A stretch of DNA of 64,000 nucleotides from a virus (taxonomy: Duplodnaviria > Caudoviricetes), in the IMG/VR virus record IMGVR_UViG_3300025735_000009, positions 1 through 64,000 of that record; one strand, given 5' to 3'. The notes beneath the pieces are model-generated. The model saw only the letters and a list, made by a program, of their open reading frames with translations, was not told the origin of the DNA and did not search any database. The position numbers and the translations under genes were made by a program. Of the stretch, positions 1 through 9,291 are shown piece after piece. Positions within the stretch are counted from its first letter, which is position 1. Each line of letters starts with the position of its first letter.

Positions 1-414
1 CTTGCCGCGGCCCGTGCTGAATCCGTGCAGCGTCTGGCGGGTGACACCCACACGCTCGGCTACGGCCTTCTGTGTCATGTCGAATTTCGCCATGATCTCG
101 TTGACCAGGCGCGTGATGCGTTCGGCCTGGCTGCGCCGCGGCGCCACGGCCAGGCGCTGCTCCCACCACTGGTATTCATCAGGAGCAAGGCGCTTGGCGC
201 TTTCCTCTACCCACTGCAGCAAGGCGGGTTCTTCTTCGCGGACGATCTCGCAGACGCTCCAGGCGCCCTCTGCATAGCGCTCAGCTGCCAGGGTGTCGCC
301 GCTGGCGGCAACGCGTGACAGCTCGACCTTGTACACGGCATTTTCAGTGATCGGCACGAACACCAGAGCGGTGCCCTTGAGATCGATGGTGCCCATTGGG
401 CGGTTGTCTAACAT
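1..414 (-). CDS. XRE-family HTH protein (C-terminus truncated by window edge)
   Basis: Not in ORF track. I translated it from ATG 414 (MLDNRPMG...) to the edge; it ends in ...MTQKAVAERVGVTRQTLHGFSTGRGK, an HTH pattern. RBS AAGGA upstream. Confidence 0.7.
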   Translation of the reverse strand, partial: MLDNRPMGTIDLKGTALVFVPITENAVYKVELSRVAASGDTLAAERYAEGAWSVCEIVREEEPALLQWVEESAKRLAPDEYQWWEQRLAVAPRRSQAERITRLVNEIMAKFDMTQKAVAERVGVTRQTLHGFSTGRGK

Positions 415-495
415 GGCTGATTCCTTGTGTATGTCGGGGCAACCCCCGGCACTGACAAACCCCCAATGAAGGGGGTTGTCATGCTGCTGTGTGGG

Positions 496-1092
496 TCAGG
501 GCTTGGCTTTGGCCACCAGCACGCCTTTGTGGTTGCTGGTGCCGTCCAAGGCCATCGACGTGACGAAGTAGTGATTTTTCTTCCGGTTGTAGACGATTTC
601 CTCCCGCGCGGTACCTGGCTCAATGACCAGCTGGGCCCGGGCACAGATGAGGCTGCCGGCCACCGTGGCGCTGATCCAGTCACCCACCTGAATCTGGCCA
701 GGCGCTCGCAGTGGCTGCCAAGGGCCTGGCATAACCAGGGGATTGGTGTAGACGGGGGTGATCTGACACATGCGATCGGTGATCTTCTCGGCCAGCTCGC
801 GATCGAATACCGCCTTACCACCACCACAGGCTGCGTAGTCGCCAATCCAGGCAAAGGGCTCAGCAGGCTGGAACAGAGCTTGAATAACGCCCAGCAGGCG
901 GTCGGCGCCGATCTCGTCTACATCGCCCAGGCACATGTGGTCGCCTTTGATACGAGCGCACTGCGCGTCATCGGTGAGCTCTTCGGAGCTCCCTACCCAG
1001 CCACAGCGCGTGCACTCGGCGGCGTAGTGGCGGCCGGCAAGAGGCACTTTACCAATGAAGCGCGGCAAGGCCGATTCTCTGGCGGCGCTCAT
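496..1092 (-). CDS. phage hypothetical protein
   Basis: 198 aa ORF in operon orientation; ATGA overlap with upstream gene; N-terminal Cys motif ECTRCGW. Confidence 0.65.
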   Translation of the reverse strand: MSAARESALPRFIGKVPLAGRHYAAECTRCGWVGSSEELTDDAQCARIKGDHMCLGDVDEIGADRLLGVIQALFQPAEPFAWIGDYAACGGGKAVFDRELAEKITDRMCQITPVYTNPLVMPGPWQPLRAPGQIQVGDWISATVAGSLICARAQLVIEPGTAREEIVYNRKKNHYFVTSMALDGTSNHKGVLVAKAKP

Positions 1093-1688
1093 GGCTTGCT
1101 CCTACGGGCGGCGCACATCTGCCAGCCTGCCCAACGAAGGTTTCTCCCATTCGCCCCCTCACCGTAGTGATCGCCGTTGCGAGACTCGCGCATTTGCTCG
1201 GGCGTGATGGGCGTAGAAACGCCTGGCAGCGCGTTGAAGTACTCGCAATAGGCGGCCTCGAACTCTGCCCGCTCATCACGCGCAACCGAAACGCTGCAAA
1301 TTTCTTCGGCTAGATCCTCGGCGCCGTTCTGCACAAGGTCTGGCGTGTTACTGAGGTATGGCAAGGCGCGCTGCAGCAGGACCCCCTGCCGGTCCAGCTG
1401 GGCGCGCAAGGCCAGGTGGTCCGAGAGCAGAACATACAGCGGCTCTACGGTATCGCGGGCCGTGGGGCCGAACTGATTGCGTCCATACACCGGGTCAGGC
1501 ACGACGCCGAACGTTTTGACGCCACCCACGCTGGCTGGCAAAGGTGCCGGCTTTGACTGGTGCGGATAGGGCGGCGTGGCCACAAGCGCCTCAAGCTCGT
1601 CAGCAAATGCCCCCTGACCGGCAAAGCGCAGCGCGCTGAGTACTTCCTTTGGGCCTGGAATGTTCATGGCTTGTTTATCTGTGCTCAT
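1089..1688 (-). CDS. phage hypothetical protein
   Basis: Likely start MSTDKQ at 1688, just after the MTase stop. Confidence 0.6.
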   Translation of the reverse strand: MSTDKQAMNIPGPKEVLSALRFAGQGAFADELEALVATPPYPHQSKPAPLPASVGGVKTFGVVPDPVYGRNQFGPTARDTVEPLYVLLSDHLALRAQLDRQGVLLQRALPYLSNTPDLVQNGAEDLAEEICSVSVARDERAEFEAAYCEYFNALPGVSTPITPEQMRESRNGDHYGEGANGRNLRWAGWQMCAARRSKP

Positions 1689-1725
1689 AGGGATACCTGA
1701 AACCGGCCATAGGCCGGCGTAGTAG

Positions 1726-3486
1726 TTAGGCTGCACTGGATAGGCGATCAACAACGCGCCATGGATCGTTAGCACGGGCCAAGGCTGCCATTGGTGGTGG
1801 GCTGACACTGTTGCCGCACATATGCACCTGCTGGGACTTGGTGAACGGCTCACCGTCCGAGCCCCGGTCAATGATGTAGTCGGCCGGGAAGCCTTGGGCC
1901 TTGTACAGTTCGGACGGCTGCAGCATGCGCAGGCAGATATCGACGATCACATAGGGCGTTCCTTTCACGAGCACAGTGACCAGGCCCAGGCGGTCTTTGG
2001 TGGTGACCGTTGGCGCCGGCGCGTCTGCCGCGCTGGTGTTTTCAGTGCCGTAGTAGCTGATCAGGAACGCAGCCACGCGCAGGGCGCCGGCCTCGTGCTC
2101 TGGTGACAGCGTGTACTCGACCAACCCATGGTGCTCGGCGCCGGCGGTGATAGTGGCGATCGGGGCGCCAATCTCGCTACCAATGCAATTGTTGCGCAAC
2201 GTGGTCAGGTGGGCGGTGGCCAGGCTCTGCGGAGACTTGACGGTCACCGTAGACATGGGCTCGTCCACAGCGCGACCCGTAGACGGGACGGTGCCCCGGT
2301 GGTTGTTGTTCTGCACCATGATCGCCGACGTAAGCGCATGCTTCACCCCGCCAGCGACCACCGTTCCCAGCGGCTGATCAAGGCCTGGCACGCGTGGTTT
2401 CTGTCCCTCACGCTCGCCATATCCGGTTTGCACCAAAGTAGGACTGGCCATGGCGAAGGTGCCGCCTCGCGGCCAGGCAGTGACGGTGCGCAGCGGTTCA
2501 TTGACAGATTGAACGCTGTCACCGGACCAGTTAGCGATCGGCACGATGAAAGGTTGCGGGTTATCGATCACAAACTTTTTCATGCCCTTAGCCACACGGC
2601 GCAACGTGGCGTCGGCCAGGGGCTTGCTACGCCCGAAAATGCTCTTGCTTGGCACACTCCAGTCGATGCAGTCGGCAGCGGTGCGCCACTTCTGCTGGCC
2701 TTTGGCTGGATTCTTGGCGTGGGTGGGCTCCGGCCACACGATCGGCTGGCCATCGCAGCGAGCAATCATGAACAGGCGTTCGCGGATTGTTGGGGCCCCG
2801 AAATCACATGCCTTGATCACGCGCCATTCGACCGCATAGCCCAAGCCTTCCAGTAGGCGCACAAACCGGTGCCAGGTGGTCCCCTGGCGCTTGGGGTTGG
2901 GTACCAGGAACTGATTGGACAACGGTACCTGCTCGCCAGGGTTGGCCACGCGATTGACCATGCTCTTAGGCTTGGTCGGGTGCGGCACCAGGTCGAGTGT
3001 CACAACGCGGCCGGTAGCCTTGTCACGCTTAGCGACCAGAGGCCCCCACTGCAGGATCTGCTTAACGTTCTCGAGGCTGATGACGCGCGGTTTCTTCTTG
3101 CCCGCCCATTTCAGGCCAATCCAAGACAGGTTGCGAATCTCGCGCTTGCGCGGTTGCCCGCCGGCGGCCTGGCTATGGTGGGTGCAGTCTGGCGACATAT
3201 GGAACCAACCAACTGGACGGCCGGCGCACTCTTCGTCCGGGTCACCCTCGAATACGTCCGTGGTGAAGTGCCGGGCGGCCGGATGGTTGACGGTGTGCAT
3301 GCTGATTGCCGCGGGGTTGTGGTTTTTGGCCACGGTCACGGTGCGGCCCAGGCCCATTTCCAGGCCGGTACCGGCGCCGCCGCCACCGCAGAAGAAATCC
3401 ACCACAATCTCATCGTCTTGAGGGTCGAAGCCAAGGCCGTATTGGGTCTTGAAGTCGAAATGGGGCTTTTTGATGGCCGCTGTCAC
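1726..3486 (-). CDS. dcm: C5 cytosine DNA methyltransferase (phage type)
   Basis: Motif I DFFCGGGG, catalytic SPDC, ENV, and C-terminal GNSV motif X. Confidence 0.93.
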   Translation of the reverse strand: MTAAIKKPHFDFKTQYGLGFDPQDDEIVVDFFCGGGGAGTGLEMGLGRTVTVAKNHNPAAISMHTVNHPAARHFTTDVFEGDPDEECAGRPVGWFHMSPDCTHHSQAAGGQPRKREIRNLSWIGLKWAGKKKPRVISLENVKQILQWGPLVAKRDKATGRVVTLDLVPHPTKPKSMVNRVANPGEQVPLSNQFLVPNPKRQGTTWHRFVRLLEGLGYAVEWRVIKACDFGAPTIRERLFMIARCDGQPIVWPEPTHAKNPAKGQQKWRTAADCIDWSVPSKSIFGRSKPLADATLRRVAKGMKKFVIDNPQPFIVPIANWSGDSVQSVNEPLRTVTAWPRGGTFAMASPTLVQTGYGEREGQKPRVPGLDQPLGTVVAGGVKHALTSAIMVQNNNHRGTVPSTGRAVDEPMSTVTVKSPQSLATAHLTTLRNNCIGSEIGAPIATITAGAEHHGLVEYTLSPEHEAGALRVAAFLISYYGTENTSAADAPAPTVTTKDRLGLVTVLVKGTPYVIVDICLRMLQPSELYKAQGFPADYIIDRGSDGEPFTKSQQVHMCGNSVSPPPMAALARANDPWRVVDRLSSAA

Positions 3487-3737
3487 AGCGTTTCGCCCCC
3501 TTTCACGTTGACCGCCATGCAGTGGTCCAGGGACACCGCGCCGCTCTTACCGTCGAACCACACCACAGCGCTATGGCCACCGAGAACTTGGGCCTCGCTG
3601 GTGGTCTTGCCGGTGTGGGTAGTGCCCTGGCCGCGGATGTTCTCGAAGGCGATAGCGGTACCTACCGGGTTTACGGCGTTCCACTTGTCGCACTGGGCTT
3701 GGAGCTGGGCGGGGGTCTTGCGCTTAGGTGCTGGCAT
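3483..3737 (-). CDS. phage hypothetical protein
   Basis: MPAPKRK start with RBS AAGGA; stop overlaps MTase start. Confidence 0.7.
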   Translation of the reverse strand: MPAPKRKTPAQLQAQCDKWNAVNPVGTAIAFENIRGQGTTHTGKTTSEAQVLGGHSAVVWFDGKSGAVSLDHCMAVNVKGGETL

Positions 3738-3751
3738 GGGAGTGTTTCCTT

Positions 3752-4156
3752 TCACAGTTCGCTGGATGCGGGCGCTACGGTTGCGGGCAAGAAGCGAGCA
3801 ACCAGGGGCATGAGGATGCGGATAGAGCTGATGGTGTGGAGGTAGGTGGGGGCGCCAGCCATGCGCCCCAGCAACCACAGCCAGGCGGCGACCAGGCGAC
3901 CGTCCGGAGGCTGGGTAGCCTCAATCTCGCCGGCAAACTCGTCTACCTGAGCCTTGGCACGCACGTATACGCGCGTTCTTTCACAGGCCTGGGCGATGGC
4001 CCGGATCTTGTCGCTTTGCGCCAGCAGGGCGGCGGTCAGCACCTCATGGCTCACGTCATCGGGCAGGTCCAGGCTTTCAATGGCGTCGAACAGCTCGCCT
4101 ACCTGGTCCTCAATGGCTGGCGCTTGGGCCGGCGCAGTGTTGGGTTGGTCTTGCAT
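3752..4156 (-). CDS. hypothetical protein
   Basis: MQDQPN start directly after the AGCCAGATA leader motif. Confidence 0.6.
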   Translation of the reverse strand: MQDQPNTAPAQAPAIEDQVGELFDAIESLDLPDDVSHEVLTAALLAQSDKIRAIAQACERTRVYVRAKAQVDEFAGEIEATQPPDGRLVAAWLWLLGRMAGAPTYLHTISSIRILMPLVARFLPATVAPASSEL

Positions 4157-4190
4157 TATCTGGCTTCCATCTTGTGTAGGTGGTACCGAC

Positions 4191-4211
4191 AAAGCCCGCA
4201 TAGGCGGGCTT
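4191..4211 (-). terminator. putative intrinsic terminator
   Basis: AAAGCCCGC-ATAG-GCGGGCTT hairpin. Confidence 0.55.
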
Positions 4212-4217
4212 GTGTGG

Positions 4218-4334
4218 TCATTTCCAGTAGCGCAGGGTCAGGCCTATCGTGACGTAGCGGTAACCCCGCTCGGCAACTTCGGCCTTGAACTGGAGCAGCT
4301 CGAACGGGGTGGAGCAGTCGAGGGTGTAGGTCAT
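4218..4334 (-). CDS. small hypothetical protein (38 aa)
   Basis: MTYTLDCSTPFELLQFKAEVAERGYRYVTIGLTLRYWK; preceded by the AATCAGCCAG motif; fills an intergenic gap. Confidence 0.4.
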   Translation of the reverse strand: MTYTLDCSTPFELLQFKAEVAERGYRYVTIGLTLRYWK

Positions 4335-4401
4335 GGTCTAGTGCTGGCTGATTTCGGTACCGGCAAAGCCCCAGTCAAGGGGCTTATTGGGCGATTTCTG
4401 A

Positions 4402-4830
4402 TTACTTGGCCCTGTCCTCGTATGCACGGCTGCGGGGCTCGTGAAGCTCGGCCTGCTTGCGTTTGATAGCGTTGTCGTAGCCGGCGCCAGCGTTCCTTTT
4501 CAGGCAGTTGGCGAAGTGCTCGCGCTCTTGGGCCAGGGTGCCTTCGGCCATCCTGATGCAGACGGCATGGGCCTCTTCGTCGGTCATGTCGGCCATGGTG
4601 CAGGCGCTATGCTGGGCGGTGCGCTCTTGGCCCTGCCAGGTCAGGGTGTAGTGGGTGTCCGAATTCGGGCGGAAGTTGCAGCCCATCATTTCGCCGCTGT
4701 CGACGGCTTCGAGGGTCATTTGCTTGGCGCCGCAAGACTTGACGATGGCACGACGGAAGTACCAGGTCCCCTTGCTATCCCAGTTGGAAAAATGGATTAC
4801 GGCTTGGCCCTTCTTGAATTCTTTCGACAT
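4402..4830 (-). CDS. hypothetical protein
   Basis: MSKEFKK start with GGAGG upstream. Confidence 0.65.
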   Translation of the reverse strand: MSKEFKKGQAVIHFSNWDSKGTWYFRRAIVKSCGAKQMTLEAVDSGEMMGCNFRPNSDTHYTLTWQGQERTAQHSACTMADMTDEEAHAVCIRMAEGTLAQEREHFANCLKRNAGAGYDNAIKRKQAELHEPRSRAYEDRAK

Positions 4831-4929
4831 CGTCCTGCCCTCCAAGGCGCTGATTACTTATGAACCAATTTTAGACGCCCTAGATTACATAATCAATAGA
4901 TTCAGTAGTCTTAATTGTCTTTTGGCGTA

Positions 4930-5418
4930 TCAAATGCCAGCCCTGGCGACATATTGGGACGATTGTGTAATCCACGCCGCCTGCCGGCCGCCTGCAGGAG
5001 GAAGACAAGGGCGCTCGATGTGGCGCGTCGAGGCGTCGGCCAGGCGCAGCTGAGCATTGCGCTCACACGCCATCTTGAACGGGCGCACGTCCTGGCGCCG
5101 GGAGAGGGAGAACACACCCGCGGCTGTGCGCACCTCCCGCTGATAGCCCTCGCCCACGACCGCCAGCACCCTGACCTCCATCACCAGCACGTCACGGCTG
5201 GCGCGAAGCACGCCTGGCAGCCCCGCTTCGATGGCTTTGAGGGTGACCCGCTGCCCTTCCGGGCGATCGCCGTCCGGGCCGTGGTGGAAAGTCAGTAGGA
5301 GGCGCTCGACGCCGCTGGGCAGCACCCCCATGACGAACTTGTTATCTGCGCGGAAGGCCACAAAGGCGGTGGCGTCGACAACCTGGTTGTGTGGGCGTGC
5401 GTAGCAGTTGAATTGCAT
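4930..5418 (-). CDS. hypothetical protein
   Basis: 162 aa ORF downstream of an operator copy at 5471. Confidence 0.6.
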   Translation of the reverse strand: MQFNCYARPHNQVVDATAFVAFRADNKFVMGVLPSGVERLLLTFHHGPDGDRPEGQRVTLKAIEAGLPGVLRASRDVLVMEVRVLAVVGEGYQREVRTAAGVFSLSRRQDVRPFKMACERNAQLRLADASTRHIERPCLPPAGGRQAAWITQSSQYVARAGI

Positions 5419-5470
5419 GACTCGATCCCTGACATGACTGCGGAAAAGGGCAATTTGCCATGAAAAAAAC

Positions 5471-5481
5471 TATCCGCGTAC
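5471..5481 (-). promoter_or_regulatory. operator-like motif GTACGCGGATA (copy 1 of 7)
   Basis: Exact 11-mer also at 13120, 13182, 21557, 34362, 34956, 34978. Confidence 0.8.
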
Positions 5482-5532
5482 ATGATTCGGACGAAAAACC
5501 ATGCTTTTTGGCTGCGAATCAGTGCCTTGCCG

Positions 5533-6252
5533 TCATTGCGTGTGTGCTTTAGGGGGCACTTGAACGGGTGCCCTGCCCACACATTCGCTACCTGGTACCG
5601 GTGTCACGGTCACACCGTCCAGGAACGCCATCGCAACGGTGTCCCATAGGTCAGGCGGCCCTGCAGGTTGGGCGCACATTTGGGCGTAGGGTGGGATGCG
5701 ATACAGGCCGTTCTCATCGAATGAATAGGGCAGCGCCCGTCCCTGCCTGCTGATGGCGTCCCCCATCGCACTGCAGAGCCGCACAGCGCCATCCCTGATA
5801 GCCTCAGCAGCCTCGACGTAGGCCTGCGCTCGAGGCGTGTGGTAGCGCTTGGCATGGCGGATCACGCCACCGAACTGCACGCCACGCACGCGCAGCCCCG
5901 GCGCCAGCTCCTGCAGCTGCTTGAGGAAGTGAATACCAATGCCGCTGGTGTCGATTGCTACGGTGACGTTGGGCAGGTCCATGGCGTAGTCGATCACCTG
6001 GTGTATCAGCCCCCGCAGGTTTTCGCTGTCCGAGAATACGGGCACGCCCACCTTTTCCACGCGGCGCCGATCGGGGTGCGTCCGGTTGCCCTCGCCAGCA
6101 ACGAGCAAGTGCGTGGCCACCGTGCAATAGCGCCCCACCCCTGCAGCTACCACCACAGTGAGCATATGCCCCCACCGCTCGTCATGGCGGATCACTGGCG
6201 GGCCGTCGATGGCCTTTTCGATCTCTTCGCGGGTCAGCAGGTACTTGTTCAT
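5533..6252 (-). CDS. degenerate paralog of the terminase C-terminal nuclease domain
   Basis: Aligns by eye with the C-terminal half of the adjacent TerL (KYLxxR, VAAGVGR, TVATH, PDRRRVE, PDxxDTV); VDVAAG changed to VVVAAG and RDKT to RYCT. Confidence 0.85.
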   Translation of the reverse strand: MNKYLLTREEIEKAIDGPPVIRHDERWGHMLTVVVAAGVGRYCTVATHLLVAGEGNRTHPDRRRVEKVGVPVFSDSENLRGLIHQVIDYAMDLPNVTVAIDTSGIGIHFLKQLQELAPGLRVRGVQFGGVIRHAKRYHTPRAQAYVEAAEAIRDGAVRLCSAMGDAISRQGRALPYSFDENGLYRIPPYAQMCAQPAGPPDLWDTVAMAFLDGVTVTPVPGSECVGRAPVQVPPKAHTQ

Positions 6253-6299
6253 GTGTCAGCTCTCAGTGGTAGGCGCCAGCACGGCGCGGGGTGTTGTTG

Positions 6300-7856
6300 T
6301 CAGTCCAGGTCGGCCAGCTCTTCCATGGCCTTCTCAAGGGCTTGCTCGCGCTTGTCCTGTACCAGCGACTCGCTTTCGGCGCGCGCCGGCACGTAGTCCA
6401 CGCTTTCCAGGAAGACCATACAGACGGTGTCGAAGTAGTCGGGCGACGGCAGGTTCTCGGACGCCATGTCCTGCTTACGGGCAATGTGGTACCGCCCGAG
6501 CTCGTCCAGGTGGTACGGCATACGGCTGGCCTGGTCGAGCAGGTCCTTTTTGTATTTGCTGGTGAAGCGAATGGCGCCATCTTTGATGGCCTCGATCGCG
6601 TGCACGGTGGATTGGGCGCGCTGGTTGAGGAAGCGCTTGCGGTATTCGTTGGAGAACGGCAGTTCGCCCCAGCGCACGCCCTTGCAGTGGATACCGCCCT
6701 GGCCAAGCTCCTGCAGGCGCTTGAGGAACTGGTTACCCATGGCGTTGGTGTCGACGACGATCGTGACGTTGCTGAACTGTGCGGCGTAGTCCAGCACCTT
6801 GCGCGCCACCGGCGTCCAATCCTCGGTGCTGGTGTAGACCGGCACGTCGACCACTTCCACGCGGCGCCGATCGGGCGACATGCGATCGCCGTTACCGATG
6901 ACCTTGAAGTGGGTGGCCACCGTCTTATCTCGACCCACACCGGCCGCCACGTCGACGACAATGACGTGACCGTATGCCTCGCCGTCCAGGATGACCCGCG
7001 GGCCTTCAATGACGCGCTCGACCGCCACACGGCTGACCAGGTACTTGCTGGAGTTGGTCGGGAACATGCCCCGGACCTTGATCTGGTACTCAGGCTCATC
7101 ACGCCCGCCGTACTGGATGATCTTGGCCTTGATGAATGGCAGGTCGACCAGCGGGCTGTCTTCGGAGTTGAAGGTAAGCGCCGTCCACTCGCCGCCCTGC
7201 GCCTTGCTCAGGTTGTGGTGCGTGTCCCGGAAGAAACCGCTATCACGGGTAGGCTGTGACGCCATGATGAAGCGGTTACGCTTGTCGGTCAGTGCGCCAC
7301 CGATCACGCCAAAGTTTGCGTCCGGGATACCAGACGCCTCGTCCGCCATCCATAGCAGGTAGCGTTCGTGGGTACCGGCCAAGTTCTCAGGCGAGCCACG
7401 GGGCGCGGTGCGGGTGGTGATGAACCAGGTAGCCGAACGGGTCTTGATGTAGACCTTCTCGGCTTGAATCTCGATGTACTCAGCAACCCACGCGTGCGGG
7501 CCTTTCTTGATCTCCGCCAGCAGGTTGGTCATTTCCTTCCATACACCCTCTCGCACCGTCTTGAGCTTGGGCGCGGTTATGTAGGTGTTGGAATTGGGAT
7601 AGCACAGCATGTGCCAGAAGCCGATCACGCCAAACGAGCGCGTCTTGCCGGTACCGTGGCCAGACGCCACCGACACACGGGCGCCGAACACGCTGGTTTC
7701 GTCAAACAGGTCTTTCTGCTGGTGCGTGACGTCCATACCACACACCTCGACCGCAAAGGCGTAGATATCGGCGGCGTAACGCTCCATGAATTCCGGGTAG
7801 CGCGCATCAGCGTCAATGGCTGCCCGCTCTACCTTCTGTTTTGACGATCTGGCCAT
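6300..7856 (-). CDS. terL: terminase large subunit (P1 PacB-like)
   Basis: Walker A SGHGTGKT, Walker B WMADEAS, RNase H-like nuclease VDVAAG...PDYFD. Confidence 0.92.
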   Translation of the reverse strand: MARSSKQKVERAAIDADARYPEFMERYAADIYAFAVEVCGMDVTHQQKDLFDETSVFGARVSVASGHGTGKTRSFGVIGFWHMLCYPNSNTYITAPKLKTVREGVWKEMTNLLAEIKKGPHAWVAEYIEIQAEKVYIKTRSATWFITTRTAPRGSPENLAGTHERYLLWMADEASGIPDANFGVIGGALTDKRNRFIMASQPTRDSGFFRDTHHNLSKAQGGEWTALTFNSEDSPLVDLPFIKAKIIQYGGRDEPEYQIKVRGMFPTNSSKYLVSRVAVERVIEGPRVILDGEAYGHVIVVDVAAGVGRDKTVATHFKVIGNGDRMSPDRRRVEVVDVPVYTSTEDWTPVARKVLDYAAQFSNVTIVVDTNAMGNQFLKRLQELGQGGIHCKGVRWGELPFSNEYRKRFLNQRAQSTVHAIEAIKDGAIRFTSKYKKDLLDQASRMPYHLDELGRYHIARKQDMASENLPSPDYFDTVCMVFLESVDYVPARAESESLVQDKREQALEKAMEELADLD

Positions 7857-7899
7857 GCCATCCCTTACCGCCCCCTGGCGGGGGATTACTCAGCGCCCC

Positions 7900-7940
7900 A
7901 CTGTACGGGGCGCCTGGATAGCGTTTAGCGCGGGGTTTGC
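7900..7940 (-). promoter_or_regulatory. putative late promoter for terL
   Basis: GCAAACCCC (7940-7932), 26 nt, TACAGT (7905-7900). Confidence 0.7.
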
Positions 7941-8707
7941 GCCACTGGGGCGCTCTGCACCAGGGTCGCCAGAAGAGCGGCCTGATGGCTTGATAGGGGC
8001 TTGCCGGCTACCAGCTCGACGAAGTGGCGCATATCGTCCTGGTGGCGAGCTCGCTGCTCGGCGTAGGTGGGTGCTTGCGACTGCTCGAGGTCGACAAGCG
8101 GATACCCATGCCCCCTGATCCAGTTCATGGTGAACTCTGGAACATGCCAGTCATGGGCGATGACCAGGGCATTGCCCTCGTAGACCATGGTGCTGCCGAT
8201 TACCCCCAGGCAGGTGGCTGGCAACTTCTCGCCGCCTTCCACGAGCCACAGCAGGCGCTGGGCGTACTCTCCGGCCAATGCCTCGGGATACCTGGCCGAC
8301 GCCTTGCGCATCTTGATAGCGCTGCCAAGGCGCCCCTCCACGGCCCATCCGGTAGCGCGGTGCTTGATGCCACGCGCCAGCCAGTAGAAGCGGCCGGTCC
8401 TGATGTGCTTGTGCAGCTGTGCAATGGCGCGGTTTGTTTCGCTGGCGCTGTCCGCGGGCGATGACAGCATTGTGAGCGAGTCCGGTGTGGTGGTGATGTG
8501 CCACAGCGCCAGCACCGCCAGCACCACGCCCTGTTGCTCCTGGCTGCCGGCGTTATGCAGCATCAGCCTGGAGGCATCCAGATGCGGGAGTGCGCCCAGC
8601 AGTTGGTCAGGGATCGCTACGCCACACACGTCGACGGCAAAGGCGTGCGGGTCACAGGCATAGCGCTCGGCAAAGGCTGGCCAGCGAAGATCGGCGTAAA
8701 GAGTCAT
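7925..8707 (-). CDS. degenerate paralog of the terminase N-terminal ATPase domain
   Basis: RWPAFAERYACDPHAFAVDVCG matches TerL RYPEFMERYAADIYAFAVEVCG; PEALAGEYAQRLLW matches PENLAGTHERYLLW; Walker A and B not conserved. Confidence 0.85.
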   Translation of the reverse strand: MTLYADLRWPAFAERYACDPHAFAVDVCGVAIPDQLLGALPHLDASRLMLHNAGSQEQQGVVLAVLALWHITTTPDSLTMLSSPADSASETNRAIAQLHKHIRTGRFYWLARGIKHRATGWAVEGRLGSAIKMRKASARYPEALAGEYAQRLLWLVEGGEKLPATCLGVIGSTMVYEGNALVIAHDWHVPEFTMNWIRGHGYPLVDLEQSQAPTYAEQRARHQDDMRHFVELVAGKPLSSHQAALLATLVQSAPVAQTPR

Positions 8708-9291
8708 TCCTGGCTTCCTTGTGCGTGGTGGCGCTCACGATCGGCGATCAGCAGCGCCACGGCCTTGTTGATGGATTCACTGGCGTCACAGCGTTTCATG
8801 GGATGGGCAGGCCATGGCCAGAAGCGCTGATAGGCGAATGGCTGAATGCCGGCCGCCTGGAACACGTAGCAGCCCGCAGCGCGGATCAGCTCGCCCCCGG
8901 TGTACTGCTGGTCCCAGTCCTGGCTGTAGCCCTCGCCTTCCTGCTGGCGCAGGCGCTCCATCACCATGGCCATGGCCACAGGGGAGACGGCTGGCACGTT
9001 GAGGAAGAGCGGCATAGGTGGCTGCCAGCCCTTGCGGGCTTTCTCATCCCAGCCGGTAGAGCCAGGGCCAGGCGGACGGGTGTAACTCAGCCCGTGGGGC
9101 TTGTTGGCGCGGCGGGTGGCCCATATCACCGGAGTGGCGCCAGCGTCACCCAGCGGCTTGGCAGCGCTTAGCCATACCTGGTAGGTGGCCTGGGTGCCGG
9201 GATCGACATAACCGTCGCCGGCGCGCTCGAGGGCGGTGATACCCGCCTCGGCGCAGGCGTGTTCAAAGTCGGCGCGCTCCAGGAACATCAT
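8704..9291 (-). CDS. phage protein with conserved ER.RQ...EG...GEL..AA.CY...WPW module
   Basis: C-terminal module common in phage accessory genes; ATGA overlaps. Confidence 0.7.
   Translation of the reverse strand: MMFLERADFEHACAEAGITALERAGDGYVDPGTQATYQVWLSAAKPLGDAGATPVIWATRRANKPHGLSYTRPPGPGSTGWDEKARKGWQPPMPLFLNVPAVSPVAMAMVMERLRQQEGEGYSQDWDQQYTGGELIRAAGCYVFQAAGIQPFAYQRFWPWPAHPMKRCDASESINKAVALLIADRERHHAQGSQE

Noticed and set aside
408-854. 148-aa - strand ORF
   Set aside because: Out-of-frame overlap with the better-supported 496..1092 gene.
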